The notes below the pieces were generated by a model. That model saw only the letters and a list, made by a program, of their open reading frames with translations, was not told where the DNA came from and made no database searches. A stretch of DNA of 64,000 nucleotides from an uncultured Halomonas sp. (GTDB taxonomy: Bacteria > Pseudomonadota > Gammaproteobacteria > Pseudomonadales > Halomonadaceae), in NCBI GenBank assembly GCA_947500835.1, contig CANMTQ010000010.1, positions 129,715 through 193,714 on the forward strand, given 5' to 3'. Of the stretch, positions 31,132-40,201 are shown piece after piece. Both the position numbers and the translations under genes were made by a program. Each line of letters starts with the position of its first letter. Position 1 is the first letter of the stretch.

Positions 31132-31325
31132 TGAGCGGTATCGCTAATTTGTACTCAGTCTCGAACACGCAAAAAAGCGTTCAAAACCGAAGGAGGTGTG
31201 TTCTGGCGAGAGATTGTAATCATTGCGGCCAGATGAGTGTAGCGCCCAGGGCTATTATCGTTGACTATCGTGGCGACTGACGCGAACGCTTCCCGTCGTT
31301 ATCATGACCTAGATACCGAGACCTC

Positions 31326-31334
31326 TGCTATAAA
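31326..31334 (+). promoter_or_regulatory. Putative extended -10 (TGCTATAAA), RpoS-like, upstream of the small ORF
   Basis: TG-C-TATAAA about 50 bp upstream of ATG 31383. Confidence 0.3.
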
Positions 31335-31382
31335 ACATGCCAAGCTGTTTCTGTGTGTCCCGACATTGGCCAGGAGATACCC

Positions 31383-31550
31383 ATGAACGATCGTTACACG
31401 GTGGTAAAGGAGTTTGACAAGAACGATGAGGTCGTTGGCTGGAAGGTGATCGATACCGAACAGGACAATCACGTCATGGCAACCCACTCCACGGAAGACA
31501 GTGCCAAGCGCGAGGCTCACGAGCTGGAACGCAAGCACGCCTCTCCCTGA
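31383..31550 (+). CDS. Small hypothetical protein (55 aa, loosely DUF2188-like)
   Basis: AGGAG RBS; MNDRYTVVKEFDKNDEVVGWKVIDT...THSTEDSAKREAHEL, a beta-beta-alpha-like pattern. Confidence 0.65.
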   Translation: MNDRYTVVKEFDKNDEVVGWKVIDTEQDNHVMATHSTEDSAKREAHELERKHASP

Positions 31551-31574
31551 ATCCATTATCGATCCAATACATCC

Positions 31575-32729
31575 ATGCTGACACCTTATGATTTTGGCGC
31601 CGTGGGCGACGGACGCGCCGACGATACCCAAGCCGTCAATGAGTTTCTCGCCTATGCCGCCGACCACATCGTGCTGGAAGCCAAGTTTGTAGGCACATTC
31701 CGTGTAACCGATACGATCAAGTTTCGTCCCAGCGACCCCGAACAGAAGGCATTTGCCACCAGCGACATGCGCATAAGAGCCACGTTGATCGTGGATCGCT
31801 CTCTGCGCAATCCTGGCCCCGGCGTCGAGATTGCAGGTGTTCGAGGCTGCGTGTTCGGAGGCAAGTTGACGATAAAGGGCGTCACTGGCCGTCAATGGCC
31901 GGAAGGACGCAACATGACCCACGGCGTCGTCTATGGGGACAACGTGCGACACACCCTGTTCGACTCGCTGTATATTTCCGGCGCCTTGCTATGGGGCGTG
32001 CAGAAAGTCGGCAAGGGCGAAGACGCGGTAGAGGACATCGGCTCCAATAGCCGCGTTCATCACCGCATGCTGCACTGCCATGATTGCGGCTTGTCCGACC
32101 GAAACAAGGCATCCGCCGCCTGGTCCGGACGTTATGTCGGGCATACCGACAACGATGACAAGCATGGCCGTGAGCGCTCCACCATCACCCTGGCCAACCC
32201 CGCGCCACCCCACCTGGAGGACAAGGGACGTAGCGTCATTCTCATTCGAGGCAATCTCTACGGCGTGGCCCGGGTAGTGGACAGAACGCATCTTGAAGTG
32301 TTCCCCCGTATCGCCCAGGGCGTGACTGTCGATGATGAAGTGACTTTCGCTATCGGCGGAGGGGTGTATCAGGACAGCGTGGATTTCAGCCTATGGGCCT
32401 ACGACATCGTCGATGTCGCCTGGTGTGGCATAGGCTGGTACGACGCCAACTCCTACGGCAACGCGGTTCAATTGATGCATGTAAAGGAAGCGACTGTGGC
32501 CGGTCTCATTGGCCGATTCCCTGACGGCTGGACCCATGGCGGCTTCATCGGTCAGCTTTACATAGAAAAAGGCAGCGTTATTCGCGGCCTTCCGACCTGG
32601 GGAGACTCATCCTTTACATTCGGTAATCGCCAAGTCGCCCATGAGAAGGATTTCTATCGTATTCGCGCCAATAAAGGGGAAGAGTATCGTCGCGCACCCT
32701 TCCCGAATGCGCCGCCTATAGACGAATAG
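31575..32729 (+). CDS. Pectin-lyase-fold/tailspike-like hypothetical protein
   Basis: N-terminal TPYDFGAVGDGRADDTQA (Pectate_lyase_3-type motif), Gly/Val/Ile-rich beta repeats; no signal peptide. Confidence 0.7.
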   Translation: MLTPYDFGAVGDGRADDTQAVNEFLAYAADHIVLEAKFVGTFRVTDTIKFRPSDPEQKAFATSDMRIRATLIVDRSLRNPGPGVEIAGVRGCVFGGKLTIKGVTGRQWPEGRNMTHGVVYGDNVRHTLFDSLYISGALLWGVQKVGKGEDAVEDIGSNSRVHHRMLHCHDCGLSDRNKASAAWSGRYVGHTDNDDKHGRERSTITLANPAPPHLEDKGRSVILIRGNLYGVARVVDRTHLEVFPRIAQGVTVDDEVTFAIGGGVYQDSVDFSLWAYDIVDVAWCGIGWYDANSYGNAVQLMHVKEATVAGLIGRFPDGWTHGGFIGQLYIEKGSVIRGLPTWGDSSFTFGNRQVAHEKDFYRIRANKGEEYRRAPFPNAPPIDE

Positions 32730-32808
32730 GGGCTGCCATTGATTGCAGTTTAGAGGCGATGGGAAGCGGATCGGTTATCATGACGCCATCTATTTTCATG
32801 GAGTCGCC

Positions 32809-34086
32809 ATGCAGCCTCCTCTCCCTTTGCCGCTTTCGACACCCAATCGCAACCTGGTGCGGCTTACGCTGATTCGCGGCATCAGCTGGACGGGCTTTCT
32901 TGGAGCGATCGTTTTCGGTGTCGAGGTGCTGGGTTTCGAACTGCGCACCGTGCCGGTCATCAGCGTCATCGTTGCCATGGGGCTGATCAACATCGTCACC
33001 TGGTGGCGCCTGAGTCGTCCTCGCGCCGTTACCAACACCGAATATCTGCTCCAGCTGCTCGTCGAGATCGCCGGGCTCGCCATGCTGTTCTACTTTACCG
33101 GCGGGGCCACAAATCCCGTCATCAGCTACTATCTGATTCCGGTGACCATTGCCGCCGCCACGCTACCCTGGCTGTATGCCTGGATCGTCGCCAGTGCCGC
33201 CATGGCCTGCTATACCTTCCTGATGCTTTTCTACGATCGCGTGCCGGAAATGAACCACGGGCTGATGAATCCGGACATTAGCCTGCACGTATTGGGCATG
33301 TGGCTGAACTTCGGGCTCTCCGCCGGGCTAGTGACATTCTTCATCTACAAGATGGCACTGGCGCTGCGTCGCCGCGACATGGCCCTGGCTCGCACTCGGG
33401 AAGCAGTGCTGCGCAACGAACAAGTACTCGCCGTGGCAACCCAGGCGGCGGGTACTGCCCACGAACTTGGCACCCCGCTCTCTACCATGGCGGTGCTGCT
33501 CAACGAGATGCGCCACGATGCCAAGGGCAACTCGACGCTGGAAGAGGATATCGATCTGTTACGTCAACAGGTGGACACCTGTAAATCCCGTCTTCAGCAT
33601 CTGGTGGAGAACGCGGATCGTCGACGCTTGGCAGAGCCGGAAGTTCGGCCTGCAGAAGAGTGGTTATATCACCTGATTCAGCGCTGGCTGGTGCTGCGCC
33701 CAGACGTAACGCATCGCATCGAGTCACTAGGCAAGCGCGGCTCACCGGCGCTGTCCGTGGATGTCACTCTGGAGCAGGCATTGATGAACCTGCTCAACAA
33801 CGCAGCGGACGCCAACCCCAACGACATCTTGATCAGTCTCGATTGGAGTGATGAAGAAGTGATCATCGACATTCGCGATCACGGCCCTGGTGTCGCCATG
33901 TCGATCGCCGATCAACTCGGCGATACCTTCGTTTCGACCAAAAGCAAGGGCATGGGGATTGGACTCTTCCTCACCCATGCCACCATCAATCGCTTCGGCG
34001 GTGGCGTGAGCCTGTACAATCATGAAGAAGGCGGCACCCTGACCGAAGTCAAACTGCCTCGCGCCCTCGCGGGTCAGACTGTTTAG
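32809..34086 (+). CDS. regB: RegB/PrrB-type redox sensor histidine kinase
   Basis: Six TM segments with GGATNP, H-box AAGTAHELGTPLSTM, NLLNNAADA, D.GPG, GMGIGLFL. Confidence 0.88.
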   Translation: MQPPLPLPLSTPNRNLVRLTLIRGISWTGFLGAIVFGVEVLGFELRTVPVISVIVAMGLINIVTWWRLSRPRAVTNTEYLLQLLVEIAGLAMLFYFTGGATNPVISYYLIPVTIAAATLPWLYAWIVASAAMACYTFLMLFYDRVPEMNHGLMNPDISLHVLGMWLNFGLSAGLVTFFIYKMALALRRRDMALARTREAVLRNEQVLAVATQAAGTAHELGTPLSTMAVLLNEMRHDAKGNSTLEEDIDLLRQQVDTCKSRLQHLVENADRRRLAEPEVRPAEEWLYHLIQRWLVLRPDVTHRIESLGKRGSPALSVDVTLEQALMNLLNNAADANPNDILISLDWSDEEVIIDIRDHGPGVAMSIADQLGDTFVSTKSKGMGIGLFLTHATINRFGGGVSLYNHEEGGTLTEVKLPRALAGQTV

Positions 34087-34115
34087 ATAGAAAATCACAA
34101 GAGGTTCATCAAACA

Positions 34116-34658
34116 ATGACCAACGACACTCCGGAACGCCTGCTGATCATCGATGATGACGAAATGTTCTGTTACGTCATGCAGCGCGCACTCAGTCGGC
34201 GTGGTTTTGATGTGACCGTTGCCAGCGATGCCGACCAGGCACTTTCCTCGGCGCGCCGTTCCCCACCACAGCTGGCAACCCTGGATCTCAAGCTCGAACA
34301 TACTTCCGGTCTCAAACTGTTACCTGAGCTTCTGGCCATCGCACCAGACTGTCGTGTCGTGGTACTCACCGGCTATTCGAGCATTGCCACCGCTGTCGAG
34401 GCCATCAAACTTGGCGCGATGAACTATCTGTGCAAGCCTGCGGATGCAGATGAAATTCTTGTCGCTTTTGGTCGCGACGAAGGAGATCCGGATATTCACA
34501 TTGCGGACAACCCGCCCTCGATCAATCGCGTGACCTGGGAACACATCCAAAAAGTACTACAGGAATACGACGGCAATATATCTGCCACCGCTCGTGCCCT
34601 GGGCATGCATCGCCGAACCCTGCAGCGCAAGCTGCAAAAACGCCCTGTGAGACGCTAA
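34116..34658 (+). CDS. regA: RegA/PrrA-type response regulator
   Basis: LTGYSSIATAVEAIKLGA, WEHIQKVL, NISATARALGMHRRTLQRKLQK. Confidence 0.92.
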   Translation: MTNDTPERLLIIDDDEMFCYVMQRALSRRGFDVTVASDADQALSSARRSPPQLATLDLKLEHTSGLKLLPELLAIAPDCRVVVLTGYSSIATAVEAIKLGAMNYLCKPADADEILVAFGRDEGDPDIHIADNPPSINRVTWEHIQKVLQEYDGNISATARALGMHRRTLQRKLQKRPVRR

Positions 34659-34739
34659 CGCCCTTGGCGCCAGTGGGATTTTGAATGATCACGAATGCTA
34701 GAATGACACATTATTTTTGCATTGTAGGCAGGAGGCCTT

Positions 34740-35561
34740 ATGCAACTTAGCAAGCGACTTGCCATTACCGTGGATATTGCCGAACAGGCAGGACGCATGA
34801 TCAGCAAGGCCCGTCAGGAACAAAATTTCGAGCAGCGTTACAAACAGGACGATGAGCTGGTCACCGATGCGGATGTGGCCGTCGATCAGTTCATTGCCGA
34901 GCAGCTGGAAGCGCATTTTCCCGGCGAGGCCAGACTTACTGAAGAACTCTCGCCGGAACGGGGCATCCTTGAGCAAGGTGGCGATCTTTGGGTAATCGAT
35001 CCTATCGACGGCACGGTGAATTTTGCTCGAGGACTGCCCCACGTAGCGGTGTCCATTGCATGGTCTCACAAGGGCAAGATACAGCTCGGCGTCGTTCACG
35101 CCCCCTTTCTCGATGAAACCTTTACCGCCCTGCGGGGCAAGGGCGCTCATCTAAATGACAAGGAGATCAAAGCCAGCGCCGCCAAACGCCTGGAGCACAG
35201 TCTGATCGCGACTGGATTCCCCTATCGAAGAGAAGGACGTGCGCCTTTGATAAGACGCTTTGGAGCGGTCATGGATGCCTGCCAGGATCTGCGGCGCTGT
35301 GGCTCCGCTGCACTGGATTTATGCAATGTGGCCTGTGGCCGTCTGGACGGCTATTACGAAAGCGTGTCCCCTTGGGATTTTGCGGCGGGCTTTCTGATTG
35401 CGCAGGAGGCGGGTGCAGGTACCGGGCACCTCTACCCCTGCCCGGACAACATTCCCGAAGAACTCTATGGCGAGCACATACTGGCAACGGCACCTGATAT
35501 CTACAAAGCGCTCAATAAACTGCTTATTCAGGCCGACGAAAACCGCGTACCCGTTTCTTGA
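34740..35561 (+). CDS. Inositol monophosphatase family protein (SuhB-like)
   Basis: VTDAD, WVIDPIDGTVNF, GSAALDLC.VA.GR.DGY, WDFAAG. Confidence 0.92.
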   Translation: MQLSKRLAITVDIAEQAGRMISKARQEQNFEQRYKQDDELVTDADVAVDQFIAEQLEAHFPGEARLTEELSPERGILEQGGDLWVIDPIDGTVNFARGLPHVAVSIAWSHKGKIQLGVVHAPFLDETFTALRGKGAHLNDKEIKASAAKRLEHSLIATGFPYRREGRAPLIRRFGAVMDACQDLRRCGSAALDLCNVACGRLDGYYESVSPWDFAAGFLIAQEAGAGTGHLYPCPDNIPEELYGEHILATAPDIYKALNKLLIQADENRVPVS

Positions 35562-35711
35562 GTGTTCGATTGCCCATGCTTGAACAGATTCGGGCCGATA
35601 GCAGCGTGCAATAATGCATGTAGCGACACTCTATTAGCGTTATTTTCTAGAATGAGAAATAATGACGCCCACTCTTTACCAGTTATTTTCAATTTCCTAA
35701 CGGGAGTTTCT

Positions 35712-35987
35712 ATGCTTATCGTGATTTTTGGTCGTCCTGGCTGCCCTTTCTGCGTTCGTGCAAAGGAGCTGGCAGACAACCTTGCCAATCAACGGAATGA
35801 TTTCAGCTATCGTTATATCGATATCCATGAAGAAGGCATCACCAAGGCGGACATGGAAAAAACTATTGGCAAGCCGGTGGATACGGTACCGCAAATCTTT
35901 GTCGATCAAACACATATCGGTGGCTACACCGAGTTCGATCAGTACGTTCGCGACAATGAACTGCTTTCTACTGCCACTACGAACTAA
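35712..35987 (+). CDS. grxA: Glutaredoxin 1 (GrxA family)
   Basis: IFGRPGCPFC, TVPQIFVD..HIGG; start at ATG 35712 with GGAG RBS. Confidence 0.92.
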   Translation: MLIVIFGRPGCPFCVRAKELADNLANQRNDFSYRYIDIHEEGITKADMEKTIGKPVDTVPQIFVDQTHIGGYTEFDQYVRDNELLSTATTN

Positions 35988-36004
35988 ATCATGATGCGCT
36001 TCAT

Positions 36005-36040
36005 GACGACGCCGATCCTTTGATCGGCGTCGTCGTTTAC
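36005..36040 (+). terminator. Terminator hairpin after grxA
   Basis: Perfect 13-bp stem GACGACGCCGATC-CTTT-GATCGGCGTCGTC followed by GTTTAC. Confidence 0.6.
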
Positions 36041-36179
36041 GTTCATATAACAAAATCACTCATAATTTTTCTTTCGTGTATCCGTGACGTTGAATCGTTG
36101 TCGCGTCAAGCGCCTATACTCTTTCACTAGGCCAAGTTAAAGACTCACTGAAGGGTCGCGCACAGGGAAGACGCCAGAC

Positions 36180-36947
36180 ATGCAACGCGAAGAATTCTTA
36201 CAGCAGTTATGGCTGGATTATATCCATATGCATCCGGAGCTGGGTGGCAAGTACTCTTGGGCCCAGAGCAAGGATGCCGAATACTTGGCCATACTTACGC
36301 TCAATATTGGCCCTTTTTGCGCCGATACGTTGCAACGATCGCTGACACGTTTTGGCTATCGTTCTACTGGTCGCTTTGCGATCGTCGATCGCGGCTTACT
36401 CGTCACCCTTCTTGCCCCACCTGACGATGGCGCCTGGCTGTTGCTAGGGGAGTTCCAGACCGGTTCTTTGATGCAACAGCCGCGTCGCCAATTACAGACC
36501 CTCGTCGATCAGGCCCAGCCTCGGGATCTTCGTGGTCAGAATCTTCTTTGTCGCGGACGTCCGTGGCCAATGCCGGATTGGACGACCTATGAAAATTTAA
36601 AATCAGAGCATCCATTAGCCGCGTGGCTCGCGATAATGGGCCCAAGATTGCATCATGTAGGGTTTGACTGCGAGCGTCTTGGCAGCGATTTGATTTCCCT
36701 TGACTACAGCATGCAGCAGGCGGGATTGCTCGGAAGCATCGACCCGCTACAAAATATTTTTCCCATATCACCGTTACTGCAATACCGATTCTACCCTGCC
36801 TGCGCTCAGCGCCTGCCATTTGCCCAAGGCGATGAGCATCGCGTCACCACCGGCGGCATTGCCCTGGTTCAGAAAAGCCTCGCAGGTACCCAGGAACGCG
36901 CGGCGGAGCTATTGCTACCTCATCACACTCGCTGTGAAATCGCCTGA
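36180..36947 (+). CDS. Divergent DUF1338 (HglS-like) family protein
   Basis: LW.DY, FGY...G, GRPW, Y..L..E...AAW pattern of DUF1338; several metal-ligand positions appear altered. Confidence 0.6.
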   Translation: MQREEFLQQLWLDYIHMHPELGGKYSWAQSKDAEYLAILTLNIGPFCADTLQRSLTRFGYRSTGRFAIVDRGLLVTLLAPPDDGAWLLLGEFQTGSLMQQPRRQLQTLVDQAQPRDLRGQNLLCRGRPWPMPDWTTYENLKSEHPLAAWLAIMGPRLHHVGFDCERLGSDLISLDYSMQQAGLLGSIDPLQNIFPISPLLQYRFYPACAQRLPFAQGDEHRVTTGGIALVQKSLAGTQERAAELLLPHHTRCEIA

Positions 36948-37008
36948 GATAATGCCCGACGTTGAGCCATTCGCGGTAGTCATTGCACGTAGAACCACGC
37001 AACCCGGG

Positions 37009-37043
37009 TTATACACAAAAGCTGTGGACAAGACTGTGCAAGA
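37009..37043. promoter_or_regulatory. Cluster of three DnaA boxes (DARS-like geometry)
   Basis: TTATACACA (consensus, forward) - 5 bp - TGTGGACAA (reverse, 1 mismatch) - 3 bp - TGTGCAAGA (reverse, 1 mismatch), in an intergenic region. Confidence 0.65.
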
Positions 37044-37286
37044 GCGTTGCATAGGGGAGTGTAATGACGGTTATTGCCTGCCTAGGTGCCGACGGTCATT
37101 TTTTCACCACTCCTCCTTGCATGATGCATGCCCTATCGAACGTCTAAACAACGACTTACAGTTGTCGTGATAGGCTATTGCTAGATCACCTTGAAAGGAC
37201 TCTCTGCGCGCAGAATACTAGCTTCAAGAAGCTGGCATGGCGTGCAGTTCAAGACAACGACCAGGTCAAGAAAAGGAGGGAGCGAT

Positions 37287-39236
37287 ATGTCGCAACCACT
37301 CTGGCAGCCTTCTCGAGCACAAATCGAAGCGACTCAGATGCATGCCTTGATGCAGCGCATCAATGATAAGTACGGCGCTTCCCTCAAGGACTACAGCGAT
37401 TTGCATGCCTGGAGCATCGACAATCTGGAAGCCTTCTGGACGCTGGTGTGGGAGGATGGCGACGTGGTGGCCCAGCGCCGCGGCGAAAGCGTACTGGCGC
37501 GCCCGGACGCCATGCCGGGAGCACGCTGGTTTCCCGAAGCGCGTCTGAATTTTGCGGCCAACTTGCTCAAGCGCAAGGATGATCATCCGGCTCTGATTGC
37601 CTGCGATGAACGCGGGCGTCGTCGGACATTGAGCTACGCCGAACTCTACGTCCAGGTCGCCAAACTGGCCCATGCCCTGAAAGCTAGTGGCGTCACCGAA
37701 GGCGACCGGGTTGCCGGGTTCGTACCCAACAGCGAACACGCCATCATCGGTATGCTGGCGGCGGCCAGTATTGGTGCAGTCTGGTCATCCTGCTCACCGG
37801 ATTTCGGCTTCAGCGGCGTGCTCGATCGCTTTGGCCAGATTCAACCCAAGGTACTTCTCGCAACGGACGGCTATACCTGGAACGGCAAGCCCATCGATAC
37901 GCGGGAGCGCATCGGCCAGATCAGCGACGCCATCGAGTCCCTTGTGCAAGTCGTGGTCTTCCCGTTTCTCGAAGATGCACCTGACATCAGCGCCATCGAC
38001 AAGGCAGTGGCCTGGCAGGAATACCTCGACAACGACGCCATCGAGATCGAGTTCGAACAGGAACCCTTCGATCATCCGCTTTACATCGTCTACTCCTCAG
38101 GTACGACCGGGGCTCCCAAATGCATCATTCACTCCGCGGGCGGCACCTTGTTGCAACATCTCAAGGAGCATCGCCTGCATACGGATTTGCGTCAGGATGA
38201 TGTGCTGTTCTACTACACGACCTGCGGCTGGATGATGTGGAACTGGCTCGTCTCTGGCCTTGCCTGCGGCGCGACTCTGGTATTGTTCGATGGCTCGCCT
38301 TTTTCTCCGAATCCGGACGTGCTCTGGAAACTCACCGAGCAGGAAGGCATCACGGTGTTTGGCACTAGCGCCAAGTATATTGCCGCCTGTGAAAAGCACG
38401 GACTCAAGCCAGGCAAACAGCATGATCTGACATCACTGCGCGCGGTACTATCCACCGGCTCGGCCCTTGCACACGAGTCCTTCGACTATGTCTATCGGGA
38501 CATCAAGGAGGATTTACTGCTGGCCTCGATCTCCGGTGGCACCGACATCGTCTCCTGCTTTGCCTTGGGCTGCCCGATTCGCCCTGTGTATCGTGGTCAA
38601 CTACAGTGTCGTGGCTTGGGCATGGCGGTGGATGTGCTCGATGACGATGGCACCCCGCTGCGTGAAGAAAAAGGCGAGCTGGTATGCACGCGCCCCTTTC
38701 CTTCGATGCCTATCGGATTCTGGAACGATCCTGAAGGCGAGCGCTACATGGAGGCCTATTTTGACGACTTCCCCGGCATCTGGGCCCACGGAGACTATGC
38801 AGAGATCACTGCCGAAGACGGTCTGATCATTCATGGCCGCTCCGACGCGGTGCTCAATCCTGGCGGCATTCGTATCGGCACTGCGGAAATCTATCGTCAG
38901 GTAGAGAAGGTCGAAGGCGTACTGGAATCGCTGTGTATCGGCCAGGAATGGTACGACGACGTGCGGGTAGTACTGTTCGTCATTCTGCGTGAAGGGATGA
39001 CCCTGGATGACGAGTTGCGCGACGAGATCAAGCGCACCGTTCGCGCCAATACCAGCCCTCGTCACGTGCCGGCGAAGATCATCCAGGTCGAGGACATTCC
39101 CCGCACCCTATCCGGCAAGATCGTCGAACTTGCGGTTCGCAACGTGGTACATGGCCAACCGGTAAAGAACCAAGATGCCCTGGCCAATCCCGAAGCATTA
39201 AAGTTTTACCAGGATCTACCCGATCTACAGAAGTAA
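37287..39236 (+). CDS. Acetoacetate--CoA ligase
   Basis: LWQPS, WFPEARLNFA.NLL, YSSGTTGAPKCI, TTCGWMMWNW, SGGTDI, GRSDAVLNPGG.RIGT. Confidence 0.95.
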   Translation: MSQPLWQPSRAQIEATQMHALMQRINDKYGASLKDYSDLHAWSIDNLEAFWTLVWEDGDVVAQRRGESVLARPDAMPGARWFPEARLNFAANLLKRKDDHPALIACDERGRRRTLSYAELYVQVAKLAHALKASGVTEGDRVAGFVPNSEHAIIGMLAAASIGAVWSSCSPDFGFSGVLDRFGQIQPKVLLATDGYTWNGKPIDTRERIGQISDAIESLVQVVVFPFLEDAPDISAIDKAVAWQEYLDNDAIEIEFEQEPFDHPLYIVYSSGTTGAPKCIIHSAGGTLLQHLKEHRLHTDLRQDDVLFYYTTCGWMMWNWLVSGLACGATLVLFDGSPFSPNPDVLWKLTEQEGITVFGTSAKYIAACEKHGLKPGKQHDLTSLRAVLSTGSALAHESFDYVYRDIKEDLLLASISGGTDIVSCFALGCPIRPVYRGQLQCRGLGMAVDVLDDDGTPLREEKGELVCTRPFPSMPIGFWNDPEGERYMEAYFDDFPGIWAHGDYAEITAEDGLIIHGRSDAVLNPGGIRIGTAEIYRQVEKVEGVLESLCIGQEWYDDVRVVLFVILREGMTLDDELRDEIKRTVRANTSPRHVPAKIIQVEDIPRTLSGKIVELAVRNVVHGQPVKNQDALANPEALKFYQDLPDLQK

Positions 39237-39242
39237 GCGTCT

Positions 39243-39272
39243 GTCCAGGATGGTCGACAGGCCATCCTGGAC
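39243..39272. terminator. 11-bp hairpin after the acetoacetate-CoA ligase gene
   Basis: GTCCAGGATGG...CCATCCTGGAC; no strong U-tract. Confidence 0.4.
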
Positions 39273-39328
39273 TGGGCAGCGCCGGCCCCATCCAGTAGCA
39301 TATCCCCAAGTTATTGAAGGAGAATGGA

Positions 39329-40201
39329 ATGTCGACCCTGAAAGGGATCGTCAGCATGCTGCTGCTGGTACTTAGCACCCTGTTCTGGGCAGTTCCGTTG
39401 TACGCCTTGGCACTACTCAAACTGATCACCCCTACCCGGCGGCTGCGTACGCGAATGCTTGTAGGGTTAAATCATATTGCGCAGGCCTGGATTGGCACCA
39501 ATCTGTGGTGGATGAGACGCTGGCTCAATCCGCGCCTGGAGGTGCATTTGCCCGAGGGCCTGTCACCTGAACAATGGTGGCTGGTCATCATCAATCATCG
39601 CAGCTGGACCGACATATTCATGCTGCAGCTGGCCTTGCATCGGCGCATTCCCATGCCGCGTTTCTTCATGAAGCGCGAGCTCATCTGGGTACCGGTGATT
39701 GGGCTTGCCTGGTGGGCGCTGGAGTTTCCTTTCATGCGGCGCTATAAACGCGATCGTCTGGAGCGCAACCCGCGCCTTGCCAAGCGCGATCAAGAGGCGA
39801 CTCAACGGTTATGTGAACGTGCGCAAGAGATGCCCATGGCGATCTACAACTTCGTAGAGGGAACCCGCTTCACTGCGGCAAAACACGAAGCCCAGGCAAG
39901 TCCTTATGTCAACCTGCTTAGACCTCGCGCCGGCGGAACCGCCCAGGTGGTGAGTCTGCTGGGAAAGCGCTTGAGTGGCGTTCTCGATGTAACGTTGGCT
40001 TATACCCGGGAACGCCCCAATTTCTGGGATTTTTTATGTGGTCGCGAGACCCCGGTCGTACTCCATGCGCGCCGAATTGAATTGCCGAACTGGATGCACG
40101 ATGGGGATTACCATCGGGATCCGCAGTATAAGGAACGCTTCCAGACATGGCTCAATGCCTTGTGGCAGGAAAAAGACCACACCCTTGCTTCGTTGCGCTG
40201 A
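39329..40201 (+). CDS. YihG-like acyltransferase (PlsC superfamily)
   Basis: NHRSWTDI, FFMKRELIWVP..G.AWWAL.FPFM.R, F.EGTRFT, LDVT. Confidence 0.9.
   Translation: MSTLKGIVSMLLLVLSTLFWAVPLYALALLKLITPTRRLRTRMLVGLNHIAQAWIGTNLWWMRRWLNPRLEVHLPEGLSPEQWWLVIINHRSWTDIFMLQLALHRRIPMPRFFMKRELIWVPVIGLAWWALEFPFMRRYKRDRLERNPRLAKRDQEATQRLCERAQEMPMAIYNFVEGTRFTAAKHEAQASPYVNLLRPRAGGTAQVVSLLGKRLSGVLDVTLAYTRERPNFWDFLCGRETPVVLHARRIELPNWMHDGDYHRDPQYKERFQTWLNALWQEKDHTLASLR

Noticed and set aside
31302-31952. 216-aa minus-strand ORF in the accessory region
   Set aside because: Overlaps the two better-supported plus-strand ORFs and has no motif or RBS.
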